Positions 9,441 to 17,012 of a DNA stretch of 64,000 nucleotides are shown here, in pieces. This DNA is from an uncultured archaeon (GTDB taxonomy: Archaea > Aenigmatarchaeota > Aenigmatarchaeia > QMZP01 > JACQNV01): positions 50,733 through 114,732 of the forward strand of contig CAYYYJ010000001.1 in the NCBI GenBank assembly GCA_964476045.1, given 5' to 3'. Both the position numbers and the translations under genes were made by a program. Each line of letters opens with the position of its first letter. Within the stretch, counting starts at the first letter, position 1. The notes beneath the pieces are model-generated. The model was given only the letters and a program-made list of their open reading frames with translations, was not told the origin of the DNA and did not search any database.

Positions 9441-9524
9441 AGTTATTTTTTCTTTTCAGGATATAAATTAGCAAAGTGACGTACTCCAAATGAAAAGATA
9501 TTTAAGCATACTTTAAACTAGTAT

Positions 9525-10064
9525 TTGGATATGGCAACCGAAAGCTCGAGACTAGTTTTATTGGGCCAGAAAGATGGCATAAGGGAGCTTGTAGATCGAA
9601 GTCCTCCATACAGGCTACCAAGAGGCGCTGCTTCACTACGCGAAGTATTAGAAAGAAAAGATAGGCCTTATATGTCAGGGAGGCTTCTACTGGTAACAGA
9701 CGATTTTTACGGAAAATCAAGCCGTTTTTGGTACGAGCATCCAGCAGGGTTAATCGAAAGTGGTGTTATAGCTGATAGTGACACAGAGACTCACCGAGAT
9801 ATTCGAAATCCTTTTGATTATGTTCAAGCATTGTTGCTGAAGGCTGAAATAGAAGCTGATATAGAAATTAGAAATGAGGGAAAAGATGTCGTAGGTGTAT
9901 ATCTCTTGAGAAGCAATCCAAAAGACAAACTAACAATAGGTCTTGGTAGAATTATCAGGCCTCAACCCTCAGAAGGCCCGCCAGTTGGTATTGGCTATGT
10001 TCATTTAGAAAGGCCGGCTCCTGTAAAAGCAGGGGGAACACAAGGCGGTTGGGATCTGGATTGA
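9525..10064 (+). CDS. hypothetical protein (orphan ORF in a 660-bp gap)
   Basis: 179-aa ORF with Arg/Gly/Pro-rich composition; only sizeable ORF in the gap between two minus-strand housekeeping genes. Confidence 0.4.
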   Translation: MDMATESSRLVLLGQKDGIRELVDRSPPYRLPRGAASLREVLERKDRPYMSGRLLLVTDDFYGKSSRFWYEHPAGLIESGVIADSDTETHRDIRNPFDYVQALLLKAEIEADIEIRNEGKDVVGVYLLRSNPKDKLTIGLGRIIRPQPSEGPPVGIGYVHLERPAPVKAGGTQGGWDLD

Positions 10065-10104
10065 TTTATAATTTCGTTGTATTTTCTTCTTTAAAAAAAG
10101 GCTA

Positions 10105-10854
10105 TCACTCATCAGACAACGGCGCGAGAATAAAATTTAAATTCACTTTGTCTATTTCCTTGAAAGAAAGCCTGAGCGGATAATCATTCCCAAACTCTAT
10201 AGTCACCTGCTTTGAGATCTTGCATGCCTTTGCCATTTTCTTTAGGTATTCAAGCTGATATCTTGACTTAAGGTTTTCTTTGATATCAAGGCTTAGTAGA
10301 CCTTGCTCACCTTTCTGCATAGTCAATTCCCATAGCGAGGTGTCGCTTTTTGATGAGATTTTAAAGTTATTTGGATCAGCCTCGAAAATAGCAGAGTCGC
10401 CTATTATATTGGCATCCTCTATACTGTCTTCCAGAACAGAAGATTCCAGGTCTATCTTTCCAGGGAAAGCCAGCTGTTCTATAGGAGGCTTATCCCTCTT
10501 AATATCTAAAATAGGGATTTCAAATTTCCTTTTCCCAGACCCCTCTACAAGCATTTCCAACTTATTTTTCGGCATGCTCAAAGTTATTTTCTCGTTTGCT
10601 TTGACTCTCTTAAGTATACTAACTAGATTAGGCAAGTTCAGTCCTATCTTCACCTCTGTATCAACTTTATACTCCTCAAAAGCGGCGGACAATAATCTAA
10701 AATCAACAACAGCGACCATGTTCCTGTCAGGCGAGAGCAAGCTCATCCCGTTAGCATCGAAAGTGAAAACAGCCTCGTCTATGATCTCTGAAATTATTCC
10801 TATAGAATTTTTGAGGACGTCAGCATTGGCAAGTATAACTTTCATAAGAAACAC
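10105..10854 (-). CDS. pcn: DNA polymerase sliding clamp PCNA
   Basis: 249 aa; N-terminus MFLMKVILANADVLKNSIGIISEIIDEAVFTFDANGMSLLSPDRNMVAVVDF typical of archaeal PCNA. Confidence 0.9.
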   Translation of the reverse strand: MFLMKVILANADVLKNSIGIISEIIDEAVFTFDANGMSLLSPDRNMVAVVDFRLLSAAFEEYKVDTEVKIGLNLPNLVSILKRVKANEKITLSMPKNKLEMLVEGSGKRKFEIPILDIKRDKPPIEQLAFPGKIDLESSVLEDSIEDANIIGDSAIFEADPNNFKISSKSDTSLWELTMQKGEQGLLSLDIKENLKSRYQLEYLKKMAKACKISKQVTIEFGNDYPLRLSFKEIDKVNLNFILAPLSDE

Positions 10855-10857
10855 TAA

Positions 10858-11199
10858 TTACTTTATGGACTGAAGCTTTTTAAAAACATCGAGATCCAAT
10901 TTATCCATATTTTGCAAAACTTCTCCCCGAATTTCTATTCCATGCTGAGCTATATCTCCAGAGATAGGCAAATTCCCTTCAGCAGGCATGACTCGCCCTA
11001 TTATTCTAACCAATTTCTGCGGACTAGTATTGATTGGCATCTCAAAAGTAGCTTTTAGTTTTCCTGTACCGTCGTCTAGGATTATAGACTGATCTTGCAC
11101 TTCCAGCACAGTTCCGATAACCCGGATTCTTATATCAGAGTCTTTGATTTCAGAGATTTTCTTCTCGGTTGAGGGATATTTTTTAAATTCTTGTGGCAT
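10858..11199 (-). CDS. single OB-fold nucleic-acid-binding protein (RPA/SSB-like)
   Basis: IRVIGTVLEV...IILDDGTGKLKATF pattern of tRNA_anti-like OB folds; immediately downstream of PCNA. Confidence 0.45.
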   Translation of the reverse strand: MPQEFKKYPSTEKKISEIKDSDIRIRVIGTVLEVQDQSIILDDGTGKLKATFEMPINTSPQKLVRIIGRVMPAEGNLPISGDIAQHGIEIRGEVLQNMDKLDLDVFKKLQSIK

Positions 11200-11515
11200 A
11201 AGAATTCTTGATTTTTATAACGTAGATTATTGTTGTGATTAGGATTATTATAGGGATGTAGAAATCTATTGCAGCTGATATTACAAAAGCCAGAATAAAG
11301 CCTAACCCAAGACCAACTAACGCCAACATTGGATAATCGTTTATTTCCTTGGAAGGCAAAAGATCGTCAAGGATCACGAGAAAACCGTAGATGAGAACAA
11401 CAACTTTTATAATAAGCGATGACTGTAGGATAAAAAAGCCTGCGAAGAGGCTACCTGAAAGAAATCCCTTGAATAGGGCATCCTTATTGACAAGGGGTTT
11501 ATCAGACAAATACAT
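11183..11515 (-). CDS. small integral membrane protein
   Basis: 110 aa, three predicted hydrophobic helices. Confidence 0.4.
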   Translation of the reverse strand: MYLSDKPLVNKDALFKGFLSGSLFAGFFILQSSLIIKVVVLIYGFLVILDDLLPSKEINDYPMLALVGLGLGFILAFVISAAIDFYIPIIILITTIIYVIKIKNSYATRI

Positions 11516-11650
11516 AAGATCACGTTACCATACACACTAGGATTAGAACTGACTGGTATAAATGCTAAGCTGACTCGTATAAGATTTGCAGGAAAGGCAA
11601 ATACACGACTTTATCGGTTTTTCTGGTTGCGAATAACTGTTAAAATTAAT

Positions 11651-11956
11651 TTAGCCTATAACCTCTGGTATCACGCTCTGAATCCCTTTCAAAAACAGGA
11701 AGAACCCGACTAGCACCGGTATCATGTAGTGGATATAAATCCCGCCAGAAGACAGCAGTATTATTATCGCAGCTAAGATGTCTACTATACCGCCGAAAAG
11801 TGATTTCTCGTGTGGAGCGATGCTTATCAGGAATTTTATAATCAATATTATTGATAAGAAAACGCCTATCCCTGACAGTGCTGTTATTTTTCCGATAGAT
11901 AGGAAAACTATAATCGCGCTTATTATGTCGATAATACCGAGAAGAACTATAAACAT
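11651..11956 (-). CDS. small integral membrane protein
   Basis: 101 aa, almost entirely hydrophobic helices. Confidence 0.4.
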   Translation of the reverse strand: MFIVLLGIIDIISAIIVFLSIGKITALSGIGVFLSIILIIKFLISIAPHEKSLFGGIVDILAAIIILLSSGGIYIHYMIPVLVGFFLFLKGIQSVIPEVIG

Positions 11957-11985
11957 ATTTCTTTTAATTAAACCTTTTCCGCAGG

Positions 11986-12228
11986 CTATTCTATTAGTTT
12001 TGAGTGCAAAGCTGTCTCATAGATCCCATAAGCATACACAACAGCTTCAAACGATCTTACAAAATCCGATCTTTTGTAAAAGTGTTTGCAGTCACTGATG
12101 TAAGCTTTGATGTTCTCTATTGCCCACATACCCTTATCGTCAATAAGTTTTATATCCTTTGTTCTTTCCTCTATTTTTCCCAGCCATTTCTCTGTTTCTG
12201 ATTTTAGAATATTTTCTGCTGCGTTCAT
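11986..12228 (-). CDS. hypothetical small cytosolic protein
   Basis: 80-aa ORF in the same-strand gene run; no motif recognised. Confidence 0.3.
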   Translation of the reverse strand: MNAAENILKSETEKWLGKIEERTKDIKLIDDKGMWAIENIKAYISDCKHFYKRSDFVRSFEAVVYAYGIYETALHSKLIE

Positions 12229-12229
12229 A

Positions 12230-12523
12230 TCACTCTATAAGGATCGGCAGGATAGTTGAAATTGAGATAACAAACATCAGGAAGCCTACAGGGATTGAGA
12301 TGTAAACTGGCGTTGTTACCTGGAAAACTGCAAGCAAAAGTATTGCTCCAGTCCCCCCTTGTATTATTGCCCGAATTTTTTTCTGTGAAGCAAAATAAGC
12401 TGTGACTATAAGTATTGCTACCCCAAAGGTCCCTGCGAGCCAGGAGGCTAAGGCAATTTTTACACTGATTAGAACTAGCAGAGCCGACACAAATTCCACA
12501 AAACCTTTGATTAAATTAAACAT
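12230..12523 (-). CDS. small integral membrane protein
   Basis: 97 aa, three hydrophobic helices. Confidence 0.4.
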   Translation of the reverse strand: MFNLIKGFVEFVSALLVLISVKIALASWLAGTFGVAILIVTAYFASQKKIRAIIQGGTGAILLLAVFQVTTPVYISIPVGFLMFVISISTILPILIE

Positions 12524-12534
12524 AATTCCTTTAA

Positions 12535-13623
12535 CTATATCTCCCTTTCAATTAAATAATCTGCAAACGCCTTTAGTTTATTTTTTGCTTCCGATTCTTT
12601 TAAAGCACTGTTGACTTCTTTCCAAGAACCCTTCACTATTTCCTTTGCTCTCACCTTACAATATTCTATTGCCTTGTATTTCCTGAGTATTTCCAAAGCT
12701 TCTGCTATCTTCTTGTGATCTTTTGTATGGCTGTTTAAAATTGAAATCAGTTTTCCCCTGTCTTGCTTGTTTGCTTTTTTTAAAGTTTGTATGACAATCA
12801 AAGTTCTTTTCCCCTCTGTTATATCATCTCCGTATCCTTTCTTCTCCTGGAACTCTTTTCCATTTGCACTGAGGATGTCGTCCTGTATCTGGAAAGCTAT
12901 ACCGATAGATTCTGCAAATTTTCCCATTATTTTTTCTAATTCTTCAGAACCGCCTGAGAGTATCACAGCCAACCTTGCTGAGAGCCTTGCCAAAGTCCCT
13001 GTCTTGTATGCGCACATCTGGAGATATTGGTCTTCAGACACATCATCTGCATTTGCTTTCCCATTGTGCCAAACAATATCCATTCCCTGGCCACAGCTAA
13101 TGTTGATCATTTCCTGGGCATAGGCTTCCCAAGCTCTTACAAGAAGTTTTTCTGAAAACATCTTTTTATTTTTCATTAAAGATAAAAGCGGCAAAAAGTA
13201 TATGAAATTTCCTGCATTTATTCCCACATCAACTCCATATTTAACGTGAACACAAGGCTCCCCTCTCCGCATTTCAGACCTGTCCTCGACGTCATCGACT
13301 ATGAGAGACCCATTATGCACGAGCTCAGAAATCACAACAAAGTCCTTTAGTTTTCCCTTATCCCCGCCGACAGCTTCTGCAATAAGAAGAAGCAACGCAG
13401 GCCTCCATCTTTTGCCTCCCCTTTTCAAGAGATCCCAGACAGGGTCGACAAGAGATCTCTGTATAGCCTCCAGATCGTATGCGTAATTAGGCTTCCCAAA
13501 AATCCACTCCAGTTTCTCTTTATCCAACTTTTCCGGCAAATACTTCTTGATCACTTCATCTATTGTTTTTTTGTTTTGTTCAAGGTGTTTGATGATATCT
13601 TGGTTCATAACAAGAATTGTCAA
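12535..13623 (-). CDS. idsA: geranylgeranyl diphosphate synthase (trans-polyprenyl synthetase)
   Basis: First Asp-rich motif LIVDDVEDRSEMRRG and second FQIQDDILS. Confidence 0.85.
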   Translation of the reverse strand: MTILVMNQDIIKHLEQNKKTIDEVIKKYLPEKLDKEKLEWIFGKPNYAYDLEAIQRSLVDPVWDLLKRGGKRWRPALLLLIAEAVGGDKGKLKDFVVISELVHNGSLIVDDVEDRSEMRRGEPCVHVKYGVDVGINAGNFIYFLPLLSLMKNKKMFSEKLLVRAWEAYAQEMINISCGQGMDIVWHNGKANADDVSEDQYLQMCAYKTGTLARLSARLAVILSGGSEELEKIMGKFAESIGIAFQIQDDILSANGKEFQEKKGYGDDITEGKRTLIVIQTLKKANKQDRGKLISILNSHTKDHKKIAEALEILRKYKAIEYCKVRAKEIVKGSWKEVNSALKESEAKNKLKAFADYLIEREI

Positions 13624-13659
13624 TAAAGCCTTAAATAATTCGTTAATGCCATATATCTT

Positions 13660-14340
13660 ATGCTAAAAATAACCACGCCTCGCCTTCCCGAAGAAAAAAA
13701 ATTTATTTTTACAGCAGGGATAGATTATTTTCAGAGCGGGCGGGATTCCATTTGGGGTGCGGAAGACAAAGACACGTTGCACCTGCTAAAGAAGACGGAG
13801 ATGCGAGGCAGGTGGCTGAACCTTGCTGCTGGAGACGGGAGATATAACCTGGCTCTATTAAAAAAAGTTGATTCGCTTACAGTGGCTGATATCGATGAGA
13901 GCGCTTTAAGCAAATTGTGGCATACAACACCGGTGGAGTATAGATCGAAGTTAGGGATTAATATTTTTGATTTAACTAAAAAATTCCCGTTTGAGAGCAG
14001 TTCCTTCGACGGGATTTTTTCTACAGGGATTCTGCATCTTTTTCCGAAGGAGATTTTCAAAAAAATATTCAAGGAGATTGACAGGATATTGAAGCCCCGT
14101 GGCAGATTAATAATGGATTTTGCCACAGATATGAAGAGGACAGGCCTCGACGGCAAATCGATAACATTCGGGGATGGGCCAAACTATACATTGGAAGAAG
14201 CTGAAGTTTTTTTAAAGGAGGTTTTCAAAGATTACAAAATCAGGGTATACAAATCTGAGGTTCCTCCGCAAAGTGTAAAAGGCAACCCTTCCTATACTTT
14301 TACCTGCAAATTTATTATTTTAGTTGCTGATAAAAAATAA
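13660..14340 (+). CDS. class I SAM-dependent methyltransferase
   Basis: Motif I WLNLAAGDGRYN; post-motif LKPRGRLIMDF. Confidence 0.7.
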   Translation: MLKITTPRLPEEKKFIFTAGIDYFQSGRDSIWGAEDKDTLHLLKKTEMRGRWLNLAAGDGRYNLALLKKVDSLTVADIDESALSKLWHTTPVEYRSKLGINIFDLTKKFPFESSSFDGIFSTGILHLFPKEIFKKIFKEIDRILKPRGRLIMDFATDMKRTGLDGKSITFGDGPNYTLEEAEVFLKEVFKDYKIRVYKSEVPPQSVKGNPSYTFTCKFIILVADKK

Positions 14341-14341
14341 T

Positions 14342-14893
14342 TTAAAGGAGCTGCCTCGTTATCTCGTAAAAAGTAATGTCCCCTTCATTGTCAACTATAG
14401 CCCAGAGCATGGTAGCCCTGATGGAGTGAGCTAACCTGACAGCCCGCGAGAGCTCTTGAAAACTGCAAGAATAATCTTCTGGGACGCAATATACAATCCA
14501 TCTTGTGTGCTCTGATGGGGCTTTTGGCCCCTTCTTAACAAGAACACCTCTTTGGTAAACGCGGAAATCGCAACCGAATTTGAAGCCTGTTTTGACAACT
14601 AAACCCCTTCCTCTGAGATCCCTGTAAACTGCGTATCTCTCGTGGAATCTTTTGTCCAATTCCGAGCAATATTCAAAAAATGCCTTAAAGCTCATCTTAG
14701 TTTTGCCTTTTTTTACAGAGAGTTTTTTCTTCTCAACTAAATAAGCAGCTTCGACCAGAGCGAGCTCGAGCCTGTCATCTATCCTTTTCCCATAGCTTCT
14801 TTGCTCTAGCTCATCAAAGCCTTTTGAGATAAATAACTTGTTTTCTAAAAGGGTCGCTTCTGGAACCTTTCTGATCTCGTTTTCGGTTGCCAT
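14342..14893 (-). CDS. endA: tRNA-splicing endonuclease (short, alpha-type)
   Basis: Catalytic C-terminal domain YAVYRDLRGRGLVVKTGFKFGCDFRVY; 183 aa. Confidence 0.85.
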   Translation of the reverse strand: MATENEIRKVPEATLLENKLFISKGFDELEQRSYGKRIDDRLELALVEAAYLVEKKKLSVKKGKTKMSFKAFFEYCSELDKRFHERYAVYRDLRGRGLVVKTGFKFGCDFRVYQRGVLVKKGPKAPSEHTRWIVYCVPEDYSCSFQELSRAVRLAHSIRATMLWAIVDNEGDITFYEITRQLL

Positions 14894-14902
14894 ATTACAC
14901 TA

Positions 14903-14913
14903 TTAAATATATA
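14903..14913 (+). promoter_or_regulatory. candidate TATA box (TTAAATATATA) for the tRNA-Asn/tRNA-Phe transcription unit
   Basis: AT-rich TATA-like element 32-42 nt upstream of the tRNA-Asn 5' end. Confidence 0.35.
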
Positions 14914-14944
14914 CTATCTAATTCTATAGATAACTTGCTTAAAA

Positions 14945-15264
14945 GCCTCGGTAGCTCAGCCATATACCCTCTTTCTTTCGAGGAAGGTTGGAAGTTGATT
15001 TGAGACCAATTGGAAAACAAATCAACTTCGTCCCTTTAAGAAAGAGCCTTATAACCCAGAAAGAAAGACGTTACAAGTGGATTATAAGTATGGAGCAACA
15101 GGTAGAGCGATCGACTGTTAATCGATAGGTCGGAGGTTCGAGTGTCTAGCCTTTCTTTAGAAAAGAAAGGCTACAGTACCCAAAGAAACTAGAATTCTTT
15201 GGCACTCGTTGAGATTCCAAAACTCAGAACCCAGAACTCAAGACTGATATTCCTCCCCGAGGCG
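14945..15264 (+). tRNA. tRNA-Asn (anticodon GTT) with two large introns at non-canonical positions (D-loop about 138 nt; T-loop about 108 nt)
   Basis: Acceptor GCCTCGG pairs perfectly with CCGAGGC 313 nt downstream. D-arm: GCTC AGCC | intron | GGTAGAGC. Anticodon arm ATCGA-CTGTTAA-TCGAT is contiguous. Variable loop AGGTC. T-stem GGAGG-TTCGAGT | intron | CCTCC. Discriminator G; no encoded CCA. Confidence 0.75.
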
Positions 15265-15274
15265 CTGAAGAGTC

Positions 15275-15313
15275 GAAACTGATTTTAAAGCAATTGCATC
15301 GAAAATCAGTTTC
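15275..15313 (+). repeat. perfect 12-bp inverted repeat hairpin in the tRNA-Asn/tRNA-Phe spacer
   Basis: GAAACTGATTTT ... AAAATCAGTTTC with a 15-nt loop, between the two tRNA genes. Confidence 0.5.
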
Positions 15314-15323
15314 CGTCTTTCAT

Positions 15324-15475
15324 GGGGGTGTAGCTCAGCACCCTTTTCCTAAAAGCGTGCACGGAAAAGGATGAGCATTGGGAGAGCACACGGCTGAAGA
15401 CGCACCTTTCTTTAAAGAAAGCTGCACCAAAGAATAGACACCGTGGTGTCGGGTGTTCGATCCACCCCACCCCCA
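15324..15475 (+). tRNA. tRNA-Phe (anticodon GAA) with two introns (D-loop about 37 nt; canonical 37/38 about 39 nt)
   Basis: Acceptor GGGGGTG/CACCCCC, discriminator A. D-arm: GCTC AGC | intron | ATTGGGAGAGC. Anticodon arm CACGG-CTGAAGA | intron | CCGTG. Variable loop GTGTC. T-arm GGGTG-TTCGATC-CACCC. Confidence 0.8.
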
Positions 15476-15487
15476 CTTTTTATTTTT

Positions 15488-15775
15488 ATGAAAGAGGTTA
15501 AATCGCCTTTACCAGAAAAGCACATTTTCGTGTGCGTGAACGAACGAGATAGTTCAAAAGATCACTGCTCGAAGGTAGGCGGACTCGAGATCTTTCACAA
15601 AATAAAGGCAAATGTAATGTCGAATGGCCTCGCTTCAAGGGTCTGGGTCACCAAGACAAAATGCCTTGGCTTCTGCAATCCTGTTGGGACTACAATTGCT
15701 GTTTACCCAGAACAGAAGATTTTTACGGAAGTAGGGGTTGAGGAAGTTGATAAATTACTGGAAGATATTTTATAG
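15488..15775 (+). CDS. thioredoxin-like [2Fe-2S] ferredoxin
   Basis: Cys pattern FVCVNERDSSKDHC ... TKCLGFC typical of thioredoxin-like Fd/NuoE family; start moved to MKEVKS to avoid overlap with tRNA-Phe. Confidence 0.6.
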   Translation: MKEVKSPLPEKHIFVCVNERDSSKDHCSKVGGLEIFHKIKANVMSNGLASRVWVTKTKCLGFCNPVGTTIAVYPEQKIFTEVGVEEVDKLLEDIL

Positions 15776-15780
15776 CATTT

Positions 15781-16503
15781 ATGAAATTGATTTCTCTGAA
15801 CATCTGGGGAGGCAAGGTTTTTGGTCCACTGGCTTCTTTCTTGAAAGAACAGGCGTCAACAACAGATATTTTTTGTTTTCAGGAAGTTTTTCAAGAAGCA
15901 AATAAAGCTGTCTATGAAGGCGCGAGGCTGAACATCTTTTCTGAAATAAGCCAGATCATACCAGAGTCTAAAGGATATTTTTCTCCGTGCCAGGACAATT
16001 TCGGCTTAGGTTGTTTTGTAAAAAATAGAAAAGCTGAAGTGGAGGATGCTTTTGTTTATGGAGAGTTGAATAGTATGGTCGAGGGCAATACTAGCACTCT
16101 TCCAAGAAATATCCAAAGTATAAGGATACCGGGTCTCGACAAAAAATTTACTGTTTTTAATTACCATGGTATCTGGAGGCCAGGATCAAAAGACGATGAC
16201 GCTGATAGGATAGCAACTTCAGAAAAAATAAAAAGTATCATGAAGAAAAGTTCCGGGGAGAAAATCCTGTGCGGCGACTTTAATTTGCTGCCAGATACAA
16301 AGAGTTTAGGAATTCTCGAAGACGGGATGACGAATTTAATTAAACAATTCAATATAAAATCTACAAGAAGCACGCTCTATACAAAGGAGCACAAATTTGC
16401 AGATTACATGATTGTTTCAAAAGGCGTCAAGGTTAAGGATTACAAGGTTCCGGAAATAACAGTTTCAGACCACTTGCCGATGATATTGGAGTTTGAGTTA
16501 TGA
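15781..16503 (+). CDS. endonuclease/exonuclease/phosphatase (EEP) family protein
   Basis: N-terminal LNIWGG, internal CGDFNLLPD, C-terminal SDHLPMILEF conserved EEP motifs. Confidence 0.7.
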   Translation: MKLISLNIWGGKVFGPLASFLKEQASTTDIFCFQEVFQEANKAVYEGARLNIFSEISQIIPESKGYFSPCQDNFGLGCFVKNRKAEVEDAFVYGELNSMVEGNTSTLPRNIQSIRIPGLDKKFTVFNYHGIWRPGSKDDDADRIATSEKIKSIMKKSSGEKILCGDFNLLPDTKSLGILEDGMTNLIKQFNIKSTRSTLYTKEHKFADYMIVSKGVKVKDYKVPEITVSDHLPMILEFEL

Positions 16504-17012
16504 AAATCGTCCTGTACATGGCAACAACAGTGAATGGGTTTATAGCTAGAGAGAACGATGATACTCCGTGGGCCCAGGAAATATGGGATAGCTATTATAA
16601 GATTGCGAAAAAGTTCAACGCTCTTATTTTAGGCAGAAGGACTTACGAGATAATGAAGGATGCCAATGAGTTCGATAAGATAGGAACTCCTTTTACAATC
16701 GTGATAACAAAACAGAAAAAGAAAAATGATGCAAATTTTGTTTTTGTAAAATCGCCTAAAGAGGCTATAGATTTGTTAAACGGCAAAGGATTTGATGAAG
16801 CCTTGCTTGGGGGAGGCGGGACTACTAATTCTTCTTTTATGAAAGATAATTTAGTTGACGAATTAATTTTAGATATTGAACCCATGATTTTAAGCAGTGG
16901 AATAAAGCTGTTCGAAGGAAATAATTTCGAAGCCAAGCTTTCATTATTAAGAACAGATAAGATTTCTAAAAATGTTGTACAGTTGAGGTATAAGGTTTTG
17001 AGTAAAGTATGA
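16500..17012 (+). CDS. dihydrofolate reductase-like (RibD C-terminal domain) protein
   Basis: MKIVLYMATTVNGFIA ... ILGRRTYE ... LDIEPMILSSGIKLFEG pattern of the RibD_C/DHFR-like family. Confidence 0.7.
   Translation: MKIVLYMATTVNGFIARENDDTPWAQEIWDSYYKIAKKFNALILGRRTYEIMKDANEFDKIGTPFTIVITKQKKKNDANFVFVKSPKEAIDLLNGKGFDEALLGGGGTTNSSFMKDNLVDELILDIEPMILSSGIKLFEGNNFEAKLSLLRTDKISKNVVQLRYKVLSKV

Noticed and set aside
13731-14156. 141-aa minus-strand ORF
   Set aside because: It is antisense to the methyltransferase gene, which has clear SAM-binding motifs, so it is a shadow ORF.
15340-15376. C/D-box sRNA embedded in tRNA introns (GGATGAGC, CTGA elements)
   Set aside because: The candidate C box is GGATGAG rather than RUGAUGA and no C'/D' pair or guide complementarity could be established by eye.
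15443-15487. N-terminal 15 codons of the 15443..15775 ORF
   Set aside because: The extension overlaps the 3' end of tRNA-Phe. The ferredoxin-like protein more plausibly starts at the downstream ATG (MKEVKS) at 15488.
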